A stretch of DNA of 64,000 bases from Octopus bimaculoides (GCF_001194135.2 NC_068988.1:67259882-67323881), one strand, 5' to 3'; shown: positions 1 through 13,689, counted from the first letter of the stretch. The notes: generated by a model from the letters alone, not told the origin. Numbers and translations are program-made.

Positions 1-467
1 CTGATAGCAAATATCGAATATAATATGATATCAGCAAGATTGCAAACCGATATATAGATTATTTCAACAGTAGGCCTACTTCTGGCAATCACGCAAGTAT
101 TTTTTGTATTTTTTTTAAAGGAACAGCAATAATAAAATACGATTAACAATAACAGTTGGAACGTTAAATCTATCACATGGTACGAAATGAATTTATGGTC
201 TTTATGATTGTCCTGATTGAAAGAAAAGAGAATAAATATATACAACTAGAATAAATACACACACACATACACGCATACACTTACATGCGCGCGAGCGCTA
301 AGGATAAATACATATATATTGACGTGTGGCATTCGAGAATAAAAGTGTTTCCAAGGTAATAAATGTGCCATTACTAAACTACTATTCATAACCACTATGT
401 CAATATTGAGTAGACAGTTCACAGCAAAAAAGCATTTTATTTACTCTCAGTATCTTACTTTCCACTG

Positions 468-480
468 GCACGCACACACG

Positions 481-528
<48 letters not shown>

Positions 529-556
529 CACACACACACATACACACACACACACA
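468..556. repeat. (CA)n microsatellite
   Basis: Direct reading. Confidence 0.95.
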
Positions 557-1259
557 AATGCAATTGTATGTATGCTGCATGCAAGATATTATCTCTATCA
601 TTCCATCATTTGTTCAATGGTGATAAAAACAGCGTTGGAAAATATATAGCACCCAACAACAGCATTGAATAGTATTCATGTTACCGGAGAACGCCCAGTT
701 TCGCTTTTTCTCTGCGTCATGCATTTGTAATTAATCTGAGCATACATCGAATATTTTGCTTCATTACTGTCTTTAGGATTTAAAAAAAAATTGGCTCATG
801 TTTCACAAGCCGCTGCCATAGGAATGATAAATCCTTTTTCTTTCTTTAGGTTCGCCGAAATCACTGCCTAAGTTCAATGCCAGAAGGGGAGTGAATTTGT
901 GATTCTGCTACACACCCTCATTCGATCTCAATAGGAAGTAGTGTTCAAATACTTGTTTCTCATGTTTTAGGTCTGTACTTAACGGCCTGTATTTAATGTG
1001 CCTGTACATAATGTGTGTAAGGTACTGTTACTTCAACAAGCCAGACCACACGAGAAGGTTGCAGGGTTGCCTCATTCTTGCCTCATTCTTGCAAATATGA
1101 GCTCTTATAAATCCACTTACTCCTACCAATCAGTGACACGATGTGAGAGTCTAGGGTGTAGCTTTCTACCATCAATGCTCCAGCATTGTCTTTTCCGGTC
1201 CTTGGTCATCAAAGCAATATGTAACATCAAGCTAATCCTTATTGCATCACTGCTTTAGT

Positions 1260-1665
1260 GGATAGGCAAGGGTACTTAGGATATGGTTAAGCTACTAACC
1301 ATTTTCTGCAAGGGATTATGTGCATACAGTAGAATATGCACCAGTTATTCATAACATTGACACCCATGATAATCACTAATCTTCAGCCTTTATGTCTCAA
1401 ACTAGCGGGTAGAAAATGCTTCATACAAGAAACTCAAGCGAAGTCGAAACCTCGCTGGTTATATTTTCTCCAACAATTTGGACGATATTAAATTTTTTCT
1501 CAACTGACCCCAGTCTCCTCGGTGCGTTGCACTTCTCTAATCTAACTGCTTTACTCACAATCTTTTCTTCGGCATAAAAATGGCAAATTTCTCTCGTCAA
1601 TATCACTCGTTTCCCTTTGTAGTACTGCCAGCTCTCTGGTTCATATTTAAACCATTTCATGCCTA
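1260..1665 (-). mobile_element. Decayed R4/Dong-like non-LTR retrotransposon C-terminal (restriction-like endonuclease) remnant
   Basis: ORF 1421-1660 begins MKWFKYEPES, resembling the KWYxHxPExV segment that precedes the RPD endonuclease motif. The rest is frameshifted. Confidence 0.4.
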
Positions 1666-1842
1666 AACCCGTGTGTTCTGTCTTCTATTACCTATATTAC
1701 TTCTTGGGTTGCGTTTTTTATATTGACACCTTCTCTACGCTTTATTTTCTTCCAGTCAACACTGTTGGCAGAGATGCGGAGCATAGATACTTGTGCATAT
1801 AATTATATAGGCATTTACATAGAAGGAGAAAAATTCGTGCGT

Positions 1843-1940
<98 letters not shown>

Positions 1941-1945
1941 ACACA
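1843..1945. repeat. (CA)n microsatellite
   Basis: Direct reading. Confidence 0.95.
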
Positions 1946-2271
1946 GAGGCATACACACATATACAGACTGATTTACATACGCATATCATCCTGATTTTAA
2001 AATTAGATATACGTAACGATACACACAATAGGCAATTATTTGCATAAATTACAGAAGTAGAACGTATTTTCCAACTAAAATTTACATTTACTTTTAAATA
2101 GTGTAAAACATATACTGATAGAGAGTACACACTCAACTCTATCCCTTGATGTCTCTCATCCCATAATAACAACAACAACAGCAGCAGCAACAATAGCGAA
2201 GCGGCGATATGAACAACACTAGTAGCAGCAGAAATAACATCAATAACGATAATGATATTGATAATAATCCT

Positions 2272-2667
2272 TTCTAATATGGGAACAAGGTCTGAAATTT
2301 ATGGGGAAGAGACTAGTTGATTACTTCAATGGTACTTAATTTGCTGACTCTGAAAGGAAGAAAGGCAAAGTAATTTGAACTTGGAACGTAACCACGAACA
2401 AAGTGCTGCCAAGCATTTTGCCCGGCGTGCTAACTATTCTGCCAGCTCGCCGCCTTATTAATATGTTTACTACTATAGACACAAGGCTTTAAATTTTAAG
2501 GAAGGTGCTTGTTGACTACATTGAATCAAGGGTCCAAATGATGCTTATTCCAACGAACCCGAAACGATGAAAGAGGCACATTAGCCTTGGAAGAATGTGC
2601 CATCAAAACGTAAAGGCAAACAAAATGTCTTTTGTCCGGTGTACTTTTGTCTGGCAGCGTTCCGCTT

Positions 2668-2670
<3 letters not shown>
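2272..2670 (-). mobile_element. Two adjacent short-SINE copies (about 2272-2456 and an older one at 2490-2670)
   Basis: The first ends ctattctgccagctcgccgcctt (reverse of the head). The second has a degenerate cccgaaacgatgaaagaggca block. Confidence 0.65.
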
Positions 2671-2699
<29 letters not shown>

Positions 2700-2707
2700 A
2701 TATTATT

Positions 2708-2782
<75 letters not shown>
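2668..2782. repeat. (AAT)n microsatellite
   Basis: Direct reading. Confidence 0.95.
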
Positions 2783-2784
<2 letters not shown>

Positions 2785-3715
2785 ACTAGATACGATACAA
2801 CACACAGAAATAAAAGAGAAAATAAAGAAAGAATATTACTATAGACGAGTTAGATCAATATTGAAAACAGAGCTCAATGCTAAAAACAAGATAATAGTCA
2901 TTAACACTCTAGCCACCCAAGTTATAAGTTACAGCTACAATATCCTTAACTGGACACTAAATGAACTAACCAAAACAGACAGAAAAACAAGACAAATAAT
3001 GACAGGATCTAGGATGCAACGCCAAAAATCTAACATAGAAAGTTTATATATACAACGTATACAGGCGCAAGAGTGGCTGTGTGGTAAGTACCTCGCTTAC
3101 CAACCCGTAACTTAGCAGTTCGGCATAAGGGACCGATAGAATAAGTACTAGGTAGACAGAGAATAAGTGCTTGGGTGGATTTGGGACCTACATATACTGG
3201 AAGCTATGCCAACGCTATGGAATAACAAAAGAAAAAAGATGGTATAGACACACGCCAGTAAAATGAGAAAGCAGCCGTACCATGGGATATGTCAATACAC
3301 ACAGATAGAGAAATTAAGCCCAATAGGCCAGATATAGTTGTCAGAGATAATGAAGAAAAAAATGCTTTCTAATTGATGTATCAATACCAGCAGAGGACAA
3401 CGTTTCTCTGAAAGAAATGGAGAAACTTTCAAAATGCAAAGATCAGGAAATAGAGATAGCTCGAATGTGGTATCTAAGAACAGAAACAATTCCTATCATA
3501 GTGGGTGTATTAGGTAGGATAAAAAAAATATTCAGACACATACATAACAAAAACACCAGGACTTACAAGTATATATATATAACATACATCCTACGCAAAA
3601 CACTTTCAATACAGTAACCATAAGAGCATCACAGCAAACCACAGCACATACCCAAGCACACAGAGCTGTGCTCGGTAGTGAAGTGAAAGCACGCTATAAA
3701 AATAAAACTACAGAT
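2783..3715 (+). mobile_element. R4/Dong-like non-LTR retrotransposon, internally deleted 3' portion with 3' UTR
   Basis: Peptides KEKIKKEYYYRRVRSILKTELNAKNKIIVINTLATQVISYSYNILNW (post-RT region) and ANRPDIVVRDNEEK / FLIDVSIPAEDNVSLKEMEKLSKCKDQEIEIARMW / IPIIVGVLG (RLE domain, frameshifted). Flanked by (AAT)n on both sides. Confidence 0.85.
3063..3190 (+). mobile_element. Internally deleted long SINE nested in the R4/Dong copy
   Basis: The head aggcgcaagagtggctgtgtggtaagtacctcgcttaccaacc joins directly to cgtaacttagcagttcggcataagggaccgatagaataagtactagg from the 3' half. Confidence 0.75.
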
Positions 3716-3731
3716 TAATAATAACAATAAC

Positions 3732-3778
<47 letters not shown>

Positions 3779-3807
3779 TAATAATAATAATAATAATAAT
3801 GATAATA
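3716..3807. repeat. (AAT)n microsatellite
   Basis: Direct reading. Confidence 0.95.
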
Positions 3808-4394
3808 AAAGCGTCGTATATATCTGTCCATTTGTCCTTCTGTCCGTCCGTCACACGTTATCCACAACTGAAGCGACGAAATTAACTATCATTGAAGTTA
3901 CTCAATTTGGTCGTTGAAGTCACATACGCAACATAAGAAAAAGGAAAGATTGTGTTCTATTTGTGGCTACAGTTTATTTTCCCTCGCACGCAACCTAAAA
4001 TGATGGCTCTCTAATACTACAATCGACTGCACGAAAATTAGATGAAAAAATAATAATGCAAATCACAACAAATTTTATAAAACCATGTGTTAGTTACACG
4101 TTAATACTACTGTAGACTTATTCACTGTATTAAATACAGTTCGTTCTACCACTTGAAGCTATTTAATTTTGAGGTGAATAATCTATTTCACAAAAGCTTT
4201 CTGTCAGCAAAACATTTAGTTCCACTGTTTGCAATTATTTTGCACGTAAGTATTGTTGATATACAAGAATTGTAAAATTGAAAAACAAGTTAGAAAATAT
4301 TTCTTACCATGAATAAATATTTATTATTTTCGACGGAAGAAGTATTATTTCAGAATAAGAGAACTGTATGTATACTTTAAGTGTATATATTTCA

Positions 4395-5215
4395 AAGTGC
4401 TTCAAAACTGCGTATTCATCTGAAGAAAGTTTCTGTATTAGACTTATAGTGTTAAAAACACAGAATATCTCCAGCAGGTGACCTCCTACTACTCAAATTT
4501 CCCCATGCTGATAAGTTGTTGGATACGGATATCTGCTTGTTCACTTCATCAGTAGCAAATACTGACATCACCTTATGTCAAGCGAACATCGTTTGCTATC
4601 TGATATAGTTAAATAGTGTTTGAATGGTGACTACGTCACATTTCACCGGCAGGCTGAATAAATATTCATTATCATATACGGAAGCAGTATTAGTTCAATA
4701 TTCACGATCCTTATTCATACTTTAACTGTTGAAAACTTTCTAAATGGCGGTATTCATCTTCATAATGTACCTCTTATACTGTTAAAAACACAGAAAAGTA
4801 TTAACAGCAGGCGAAGGTCGCCCAACATTTTTGGTGAACATGCTAGGTCCGGATTTCTCAAGATGAAAATTGAAATTCAAATGTCTTTCAAGATAATTCA
4901 AGTACGTATACAAATCGCTAATTTTGAACGAATAATTTTCCCCTCACTAATAATGAAATTTTCTTCAACCCACCTGCTAAATGCAACATCAATGACCTAT
5001 CAAACAGTGTTTATCTATATCAGCCGATGTTTGCTTGACATGGTGCGGCGTGTATATTTGCTACTGATGAAGCTAACATGCAATCATTCAGATCTAGCAA
5101 TATCACCATAATGCTGATCGACCCTTTCCTGCTGCTATTTCCCCGTGTTTTTAATACTACACACCTGTAAGAAGTACTTTTTCGTGTCGGATACCGCAGC
5201 TTAGAAGGATTTCAA
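4395..5215. mobile_element. Older foldback element with degenerate inverted arms
   Basis: Arms about 4395-4675 and 4950-5215. Exact 18-bp inverted match cttcatcagtagcaaata (4544-4561) / tatttgctactgatgaag (5055-5072), plus tgtcaagc.aacatcg and ttaaaaacac blocks. Confidence 0.65.
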
Positions 5216-5894
5216 AATGTATACACTTTATGTTTGTATACAAATTGTTAATTGTGAATAAGCATATTTAAAAAAAAACATACGATTTACTGTTAAATTA
5301 ATGTATAAAGAAATTTTTGTTAAGATATTTCTCTGAAATGCTAAATGAATGTGACTAAAATAATTTAACAAAAAAGAATTGATTAAGTTTCATCGTCTGC
5401 ACTACAAACGTTCAGAAGGAAAGTCGTATTGCAAATATAAGAGCTTTCATATCGTTACCCAACCTATTAAAACAGCAGTCATGTCTCGTCGAAATCGGTC
5501 TGAAGACTCATCGTACATACGAACACAGAATATATTAATTACTTATAGAAACGTCAGCTAAATATATGTAAATATCTTACAGTATCATTAAAAAAAAAAC
5601 AGAATATTTTTTGAAGAAATGTTTTTAGATAAACAAAATTCAAAGAGAACTTATTAATAATTCTGAGAAATACAACTTAAATTTCAATAATAAATCCAAT
5701 GAAAAATTGTCTGGTATAACATATATGTTTTCTGAAAATAATAATAGTGGCAAAATCTATAATATTCTAAATCTTTCACTGACTGCATACATTTTATATT
5801 GAACGTAGTATAGCAAATGAATAAACAGTTTAATGTAAAAGAACAAAATTTGTGATCAGCAAAGCGAGGAGTAAAAAAAGAAAAAAAGGATCTG

Positions 5895-6200
5895 GCTCCC
5901 GTCAGTTAAAACAACGAGTTTCCCAGTCGATACGATACTGTTGTTGAAATTAACTTGCAAGTGGCAGAGTACTCCACAGAGATGAGTAACTTTAATTCGA
6001 TTATAATGGAGATTCAGGGTTACACAGAATATGACAAGGCTGGCACTTTGAATTACGGGTAAAACTCAGTTTTGCCAGCTGAGTGGACTTAATCGACATG
6101 AAGTAAAATGTCTTGAAAGATAGGCGATACTACTCAAAATTGAACCCACGGTCTTACAATCCTTAGCCGAATACTCTAACCATTAAGCCATGCACCTTCT
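5895..6200 (-). mobile_element. Third SINE family copy (tRNA-like head plus conserved body)
   Basis: Reverse strand: gtgcatggcttaatggttagagtattcggct...gtgggttcaatt...gtccactcagctggcaaaactgag...gtaactgacgggagccag. Confidence 0.65.
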
Positions 6201-6234
6201 CAAAGCCACAAGTACCTAACCAGTAACAGCAATA

Positions 6235-6600
6235 GTCGTTTCTAACGTAGACGTACAACCTCGAATTTTATACGGCGGGTACTCCAGTACTTGAATGATA
6301 CTTTATTTTATGGACCGCAGTTCATGAAAAGCAACGAACAATTGACTGCGGCAGGGTTTTGAACTCGAAATGTAAGGAGTCAGAACAAACATTCCGATAT
6401 TAATAGTTATTTTAAAATTTGGCATACGGCAAGCAGTCGAATGGGGAGTAGGTAGTCGAATACTCCAACTGTAGTTGATGGCTATTGCTTTATTTTATCG
6501 ACAACGGAAAGATGAAAAGCAGAGTTGATCACGGTGGGGGTCGAACTCAAAACGTAAAAAATGTGACTTGACACTTAAAGCATGTGACCCGACGCAGAGG
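6235..6600 (-). mobile_element. Two adjacent short-SINE copies
   Basis: Both contain ttattttat.gac...atgaaaagca...gaactc.aaa.gtaa. Confidence 0.6.
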
Positions 6601-9600
6601 AGATTTCGAAATATAAAGACCAGGTGTTACCATCTTTTGATGGAGAAACTGATGTGTGTGTTTAGATACAAGTGAAGATTTTTGAACATGCTGACAAGTC
6701 TATGAAGGGAAATTTTCACAGCGTGTGAGTATGACCGAGTATATGTGTGAGCTTGCATGTGCAAATGAATTGATGCTGAGTATTGTGAGTTTGAGGCCTT
6801 TTCTATACGTATGTGAGTGTTCGGAATGTAATGCAAACTTATGTATATTTCTTCTTGTGTTTATGTAGTGATTTACAAGAAGCAATATGTGTTTATGTTT
6901 AGTTGAACATGATCGATCATTTAACTAATATAGTTTGGTGTTTATGACCAGTCTATGTAAACATAAATAATTGCATAAACATTAATTCTAATTGAAAGTA
7001 TTTTTTTCACTAACACAATTTGCCAGTCGTGAAAATTATTTCCTTTGAAATAATTTGGTTATTATTTTTGTGAAATCACTGCATAGCTTCCTCAATGTTT
7101 TTTATTCAAATTTTCTTTTTGTTGTTGTGCAGTCTGTCAACAGAATAAGATGATTATTTTTTCTGCGAGGAAAATTCACTACTTCTTCCTAATACTAGGA
7201 ATGTGCGTACGACGTAACTTAGGTCTAAATTAAAATTTTTCCTCTATTATAAAATTTTATATGTGAATCTGAGCAAATTCTTATGAACAGTAAAGGTTAT
7301 TCCACGTCGTTTTCATATTCACCGAAAGAAAATTTACAACTAAAATTTTAAATGTTTTCAAATAAAATTCAGTAGTTTCGATGTAGTGTATAATGTTATG
7401 GGGCTCCCTACAAATCCCTCATGCTGTTACTGAGTGAAAGTCCTTTTAATTCACCATTTCCGTTTGTCAATTAATAACGTGTGTATAAATACAAATGGGA
7501 AAACCTCCGAAATAATCGAATATAGATAATAAAATATTCAGCAGCTAAACTGCACATTTATACACAAGAGAACGACTAACCCTGCTAACAGAACAGAACT
7601 GTCAGAAATACAACTGAATTTAGTATAGAGGCCTGAAAGATACAGAGTTTCGACGATTTTTAAATACTATTAATATTCCTTTTTTCCCATACTGGGGTTT
7701 TCGAGAGGGTTAGCTAAAAGTAAATAAGAAATTTCAAACCACAATGCTGTATGAAATATTTAAACGACAAAGAGTCTGTTGAATATACCCAAGTATCAGG
7801 GCGATGTGTAAAAAGTTATTTCGTCAAACACCCAGGGATATTTGGATTTATTGGGTTTATTGAAGATAACGCAAAGTGTCTGAGCAGTGAGCAGATTCAG
7901 GAAGCTCGTCATTACACGGCGCTCTCGCTAACTAAACGTTTATTTTTATTTACTGTCCTCATATAAGGCTAATAATGCGACACTTCACTAAATCAATACA
8001 TATTAGCAACAATACTTTTAAAGAAAAAGCAAAAAATAACGTCTGTTGTAACTAAATCTCAATAATTTTATATGATAATAGAAATTGATGAGACGAACAC
8101 CAATAAAACTTAAAGTCACGGATGAATTTTGAAGCGAGAAAGGCTGGTAAATCACACAGAATAGTTTAAAGCAGGAATTTATCTCTTTTAAAGAACAACA
8201 GCAGATACTGTTCTATTGCAGAAAAATATTAATGAATATATAATGTAAAATATGTCAGTATTGATGAATATTTATGCAGACATTTGGAAAACATTAATCC
8301 AACTGGCTAATGAAAAACTTTAAGGAAATTGACATTGCAATTTGGTATTTGTATTCTGAAGAAAGATTGAATTTTGGAAAGTGGTCAGATAAAAACAAAT
8401 CCACAGTTCACTACTTTCAACACAATCTTTCATATATTTTCCCCTTTCAGAAGTGAAAAGAAATTACTTGCGATAAATTATAATTGTTAAACATTGTTTC
8501 TTTATATTAGATTGCAATCGCTGTAGACATTTTGACGAGAACTAAAATCTGTAATCAGAAGATATTTCTCTATTTCGAAATGGAGTATTTTTCAGCTTAC
8601 AATAAAGTCTTGTAAAATGGTGACAGAGTTATATGTGGCCAAATAACATCATACCTGTATAGTCATGAATAAGTGCAAGTACTACAGAACCAACAGAGAA
8701 GTTGGTTGTCGCGCTCTGTATTCAAGTCACAGTCACCTTAGCTTTTTGTTATTCTTTAAGATAGATAAAATGAAATAGTAACTCAGCGGGCCTTTGGAGA
8801 CTTTATTTAAGTTCATCCCTTTATAAGAATTAGACCCATGGCTGTGACTTGGGAGAGTCAGCAATGTACTTATTTATACATAACTTAGTGCTAAACAACG
8901 ACTTAAATAGTAAATAGTTGACTTGAGTAATAAATTGATGTGCAATTTCATTAATACTGATTCCTTGAGGTTTCCTTCCACAGGAACTTATGATATGATA
9001 CAAGTAAATAGACAATAAATGGCTCAGTGATTGACAGGCGAAATTGATCACAACAGCCCTTGATGAGCGTCTAATATGCATGATTATTCAGCGATATTAC
9101 AAACCAACATCTTTAAGTGTCGCATGAGGTCGCAGAGAGTGAACACTAGATATCGCTTGCGAAGAACATGGATACATATTGGATAGAAGTTGTACCAGTA
9201 TTTTATTGTAAATCGCACTGGTCGAGAGTCCAAAACTGAGAATAGAGAAGGGAGAAGGGATCAGTAAAATCATGTTGGTGCTCTGATGGTAGAAATGCTT
9301 AGGGAATGACTTGACTTGTCATGATTTACTAGCATATTCAAAAGTTGAGAATTACAGCATGTGAAATTATATACTAATAGGAATCCAGTATAGATTGCAA
9401 ATTCAAATGTAGATTTAAGGTTATTTTGAAATTCGTCTGAATAAAAAGACAAACTCCAAAGCAAATTTTATGTAAACTCTGCATGATAGAGTTTGCATAA
9501 AACATCGAAACAATTTCCTCGTAAATCCTGTAGTAAATTTAAAATGTTTTGTGAAATATAATAAATATTTAGGAGAAAAATAGGAGAAAAAAGCCAAATA

Positions 9601-10519
9601 TTTGAAAACAGGTGAATGAAAATATCAAAAAATATTTAGATAAATATTTAGATAAATATATAGATAAATGTCTCGCAAATGATAGATTTCTCGTAAATGT
9701 CTCATGCACACAGGATAATTTTAGTTTATTTTTAGGGTTTTGTTTTATTCTTATTTAGTCTCTGTTCAATTGACATAAAGTAGTGAAAGTCACTAAACTA
9801 TTTAATGCATCTGTCCGTTTTTGCTGATGTAGTCTGTGATAGTAAGATTTAACTTATTTCAAGCCTGTATAGTGTCCACGTAGGGGGCTTTCGTGCAGGC
9901 CTCTCATATTGTCTGATAAATGAAAAAATTAAATCTTTAAAATGCTGTCCTTGGCTTCCTAGTACTTCTTGTTCTTTAGATCCAGTTCAATACGCCTGTC
10001 TTCTTTCCAGTCACAATGCATCTAAAATTATAAGTATTCAGATTATGGTAGTTTGTAAGATTCAGTTGCTATTTCTAATAGGCCACAAGGATAGATCCAA
10101 TTATTAATCAACAACTTCAATTAACATATAATTAGCCATCATCATCAGCGACGCTAAACAAATTTAGTATAGTAATCTGAGAAAAAATGTAATTATTGCG
10201 TATATGTAACAGGATATAAATTGCTGTGAATAATAATTACAGGTGGTAGTGGATTGTGAGACTAGTTAAAAGTGTGTAAACATCGGTTATTAAACATTGA
10301 CTTGCTTATTTCTCTTAATGCATCCTAATGTCGAGGCACTAGCATCCCCAAATCCCGTGAAGCACCATGTTGAAGCACTAGTGTCCCCAAACCAGTAAGT
10401 CGAGTGTCTTCTGAAAGCAGTGAAGTTGTTCTCCTATGATGTGCGTAACAACAACTAGCATACTTTGCGTTCGAATCTACCAGGCCCAGTTAAAAATAAA
10501 CAGGCAAATCATCGAGAGT

Positions 10520-10543
10520 GAGTGAGTGAGTGAGAAAGAGAGT

Positions 10544-10575
<32 letters not shown>

Positions 10576-10765
10576 GAGTCTGTAGCACTTTTTATGTTTG
10601 TATAGGAGAACATTTGCAGATTCTTTTTGAAAAATATTAAATTATGTATTTTTAATTGGTGTTTATTTTGCAACTTTATAATTTACGTTATTAGCTGTGA
10701 CAAGCTAACTGAAACATCAAATAGGCAGACACTACTCTGAGCGGAAGTGCGAGAAGAAGAGAGAG

Positions 10766-10828
<63 letters not shown>
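10520..10828. repeat. Two (GA)n tracts (about 10520-10579 and 10760-10828)
   Basis: Direct reading. Confidence 0.9.
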
Positions 10829-10830
<2 letters not shown>

Positions 10831-12194
10831 TCGACAATATGAAAATTATATTGTAATCAGATTCTGTAAGGCAAACTGTATGAACATCGATCAGATTCTA
10901 ATTAAAGCAGTTTACGTGACATTGTCAACTTTAGTCACAAACATTAGTTTTGAAGATTTATCGCATTTATTAAATAATTATTGATCTCATTTGAGCAGAC
11001 AGTAGTTCCAATTGATCTGCTAGTCATTCATCATGGTGTTAAACAACATAAGTGTGTTACAGCGTTTCTCTTTAATGTTATCACCAAATATTTAAACTGC
11101 CTTTATGGCTCAGACATAACGAAATTCATTTGAACAAAATTTCTTATTATATGTACAATTTAGAAATTATCTTTTCTATGGGGACGTATAACTGATTTTA
11201 GTCAATATAATGTACACAGTGGAGGACAAAACCTATAATACGGAATAATAAACTAAGCTCACTTATTGAACTGTGTCTATAAATCGGGCCAATTTTCTAT
11301 GGCATATTTTGCAATAATAGCACGATCTGAACTATATACCTTTGTATAAAAAAACGGTATTATAGCTATGAGAACAGTGGTTCTGTTGTTATAATTTGTC
11401 TCGCACTAAATTACAGACAAGGTCATTTCCTCTTGTGACTTGTTGCAAGCTGTGCGATTGCTCTCCTGCTCGCTCAATTGGCTTAGAATGTTGGGGAAAA
11501 ATATCCCGGAATGATACAAATCTAATAATGACTCATGTATTTAGTTTTTTTATCGAAAGTGTTCCTATTTTGCTATTTAAATAACTGTTCTTACAGTTAA
11601 ATATCTGTTCTATTAAATTACTATTTAACTCAATAAATGTTCTGGTAAATACATGGTTTTCTAAATTATTTTCTTAACTAAATTTTCTTTTAAACAACAT
11701 TTGTATTGAATGACTGCTCCGTTATATAGCCCTCCAGTTAAATAACTTTGAGGTAAAAGAAACATCTGTAAAATAGCTGTTCTGATAATTGCTAGTTAAA
11801 TAACTTTTATATTAGATATATTGTTAAATAACAACGGTTCTGTTACATAATTGATTTGTTAATTCAAACATAAAATAGTAGTTATAATAAATAAAATTGT
11901 CAAATAACTGATTTGTTAATTCAGTTATTTGTTAATCAATTTTGAACATTAAATAAATGTTCTCCTACATTAGAAATCTGTTAAATAAGGATTTCGTTTA
12001 ATATACTTTTAAATAAATGGCCTTTTAAATTAATGCTCTGTTATCTATTCTGCTAAATAACCATTCTCTTGAATGATATTGGAGTTAGTAATTTCTTTCT
12101 TATAACAACCATAGAAACATCTTTGAACCGCTTTCATTAACGTATCAAGAAATCATAACAAGCATCATTCTACGCGGTCTCTGATTCGGAAAAT

Positions 12195-12645
12195 ATTGCT
12201 TTCAAATTTCGGCCCAAGGCGAGTAATTTCACGAGAGAGAGTAAGTCGTTTACATCGACCTCAGTACTTAACCGGTACTTATTTTATCGTCCCCGAAGGG
12301 ATGGAAGGCTAGGTCAACTTTGGTTGAAAATATATTAACTCAACGTAAAGACGGGCAAACAACAGCTAATTATTTTACCGGCGTGCTTACGTTTCTACCA
12401 GCTCACAGCTCATCGCTTTTCTCATTCAGTAAATATTGCTTTCAAAATTTGACACAAGGCCACACAATTCTGGAGGAGGGGTAAATCGATTATATCATTC
12501 CCAGTGCTCAACTGGTACTTATGTTATCGACCCCGAAGTGATGAAAGTAGTGTCGACCTCGACAGAATTTGAACTCAGAACGTAAAGATTGGCGAAATGC
12601 CGCTATGCATTTTCCTCAGCCTGCTAACGATTCTGCCAGCTCGAT
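12195..12645 (-). mobile_element. Two tandem short-SINE copies
   Basis: Units at about 12195-12405 and 12435-12645 each have aatattgctttcaaa...ggtactta..ttatcg.ccccgaag.gatg...agct. Confidence 0.85.
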
Positions 12646-13689
12646 GCATTCAGCTGACCCCTTGTACCAATATTTTTGCACTTTTTTTAAATATCAAATC
12701 ATCGTTGATTCTTGTGATTTAATTCATTCATTCGCATTATTTCACCTTAAAACTGAATACGAATGAAACACATACACAAACTTCTGAAGTTTTGTAAATA
12801 TTCGAATTATAATAACGATATAATGCCAGAAAAAGTAGGGATTTAGATACAACAACAGTCATAATATATCGAAATACCAAAAAACAGTGTGTAAATGCAT
12901 AATTACATAGTTATGAATGACATGGGTATGTTAATAATTTCAGAAGGGTTGTAAAATAATTTATATAAGAGAAATAGTACAGTGTGATCATTAAAATCTA
13001 GTGAATGAATTATAATGAAATGAAAGCTTTAAGCAATATCACTATTTTTTTGAAACATATGTCTCCGTAAATAGCAGCATCAAAGATTTGATAAATAAAT
13101 GTATTATCCTAAAATCGACACAATGCCGAAAGCGGTCATATTTCACATCAATTTTATGTCCTAAACCATTTTAATATCCGATATTAATTGCCAGTTCGTA
13201 TTTCAAGTTCCATTAATCCTTTTAAGAAAGAATACCAAAATATCATATTCTTTAGCTTTCATATTTCTATTTACTCTCTATGAGAAACTTTTCGTTATAT
13301 TGTATAGCTGTTTGCCGCTAGCTGCATTGACAAGACATTTACGGCGAATTGAAAGAAAATTGTGAAATTATTAACTTTGAAATGAAAAAGAAAACTTTAG
13401 AAAAACTATTCGTCATAAAATTTTCGCAGAATTATCGCTCAAGTAAAATATATATATATATATAAAAAAACTAACAACATTATGTTGCTGCAAATCATTT
13501 CTTGTGTACGAAATACTCGTAAACACACTCTTGAATCACTTCCACCCACAGTATTGTGCGTGTACTCATGTATACCTACCTACCTACCTACCTACCTACA
13601 TATATAATACATACATGCATACACACACAAACACGCGCACCCACACGCACACACACAAATACACATACAGTGATATCACACATAGATGT

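Noticed and set aside
2597-3115. 172-aa ORF with a poly-Asn tract
   Set aside because: It is a chance chimera of SINE, (AAT)n, R4 fragment and SINE head, not a gene.
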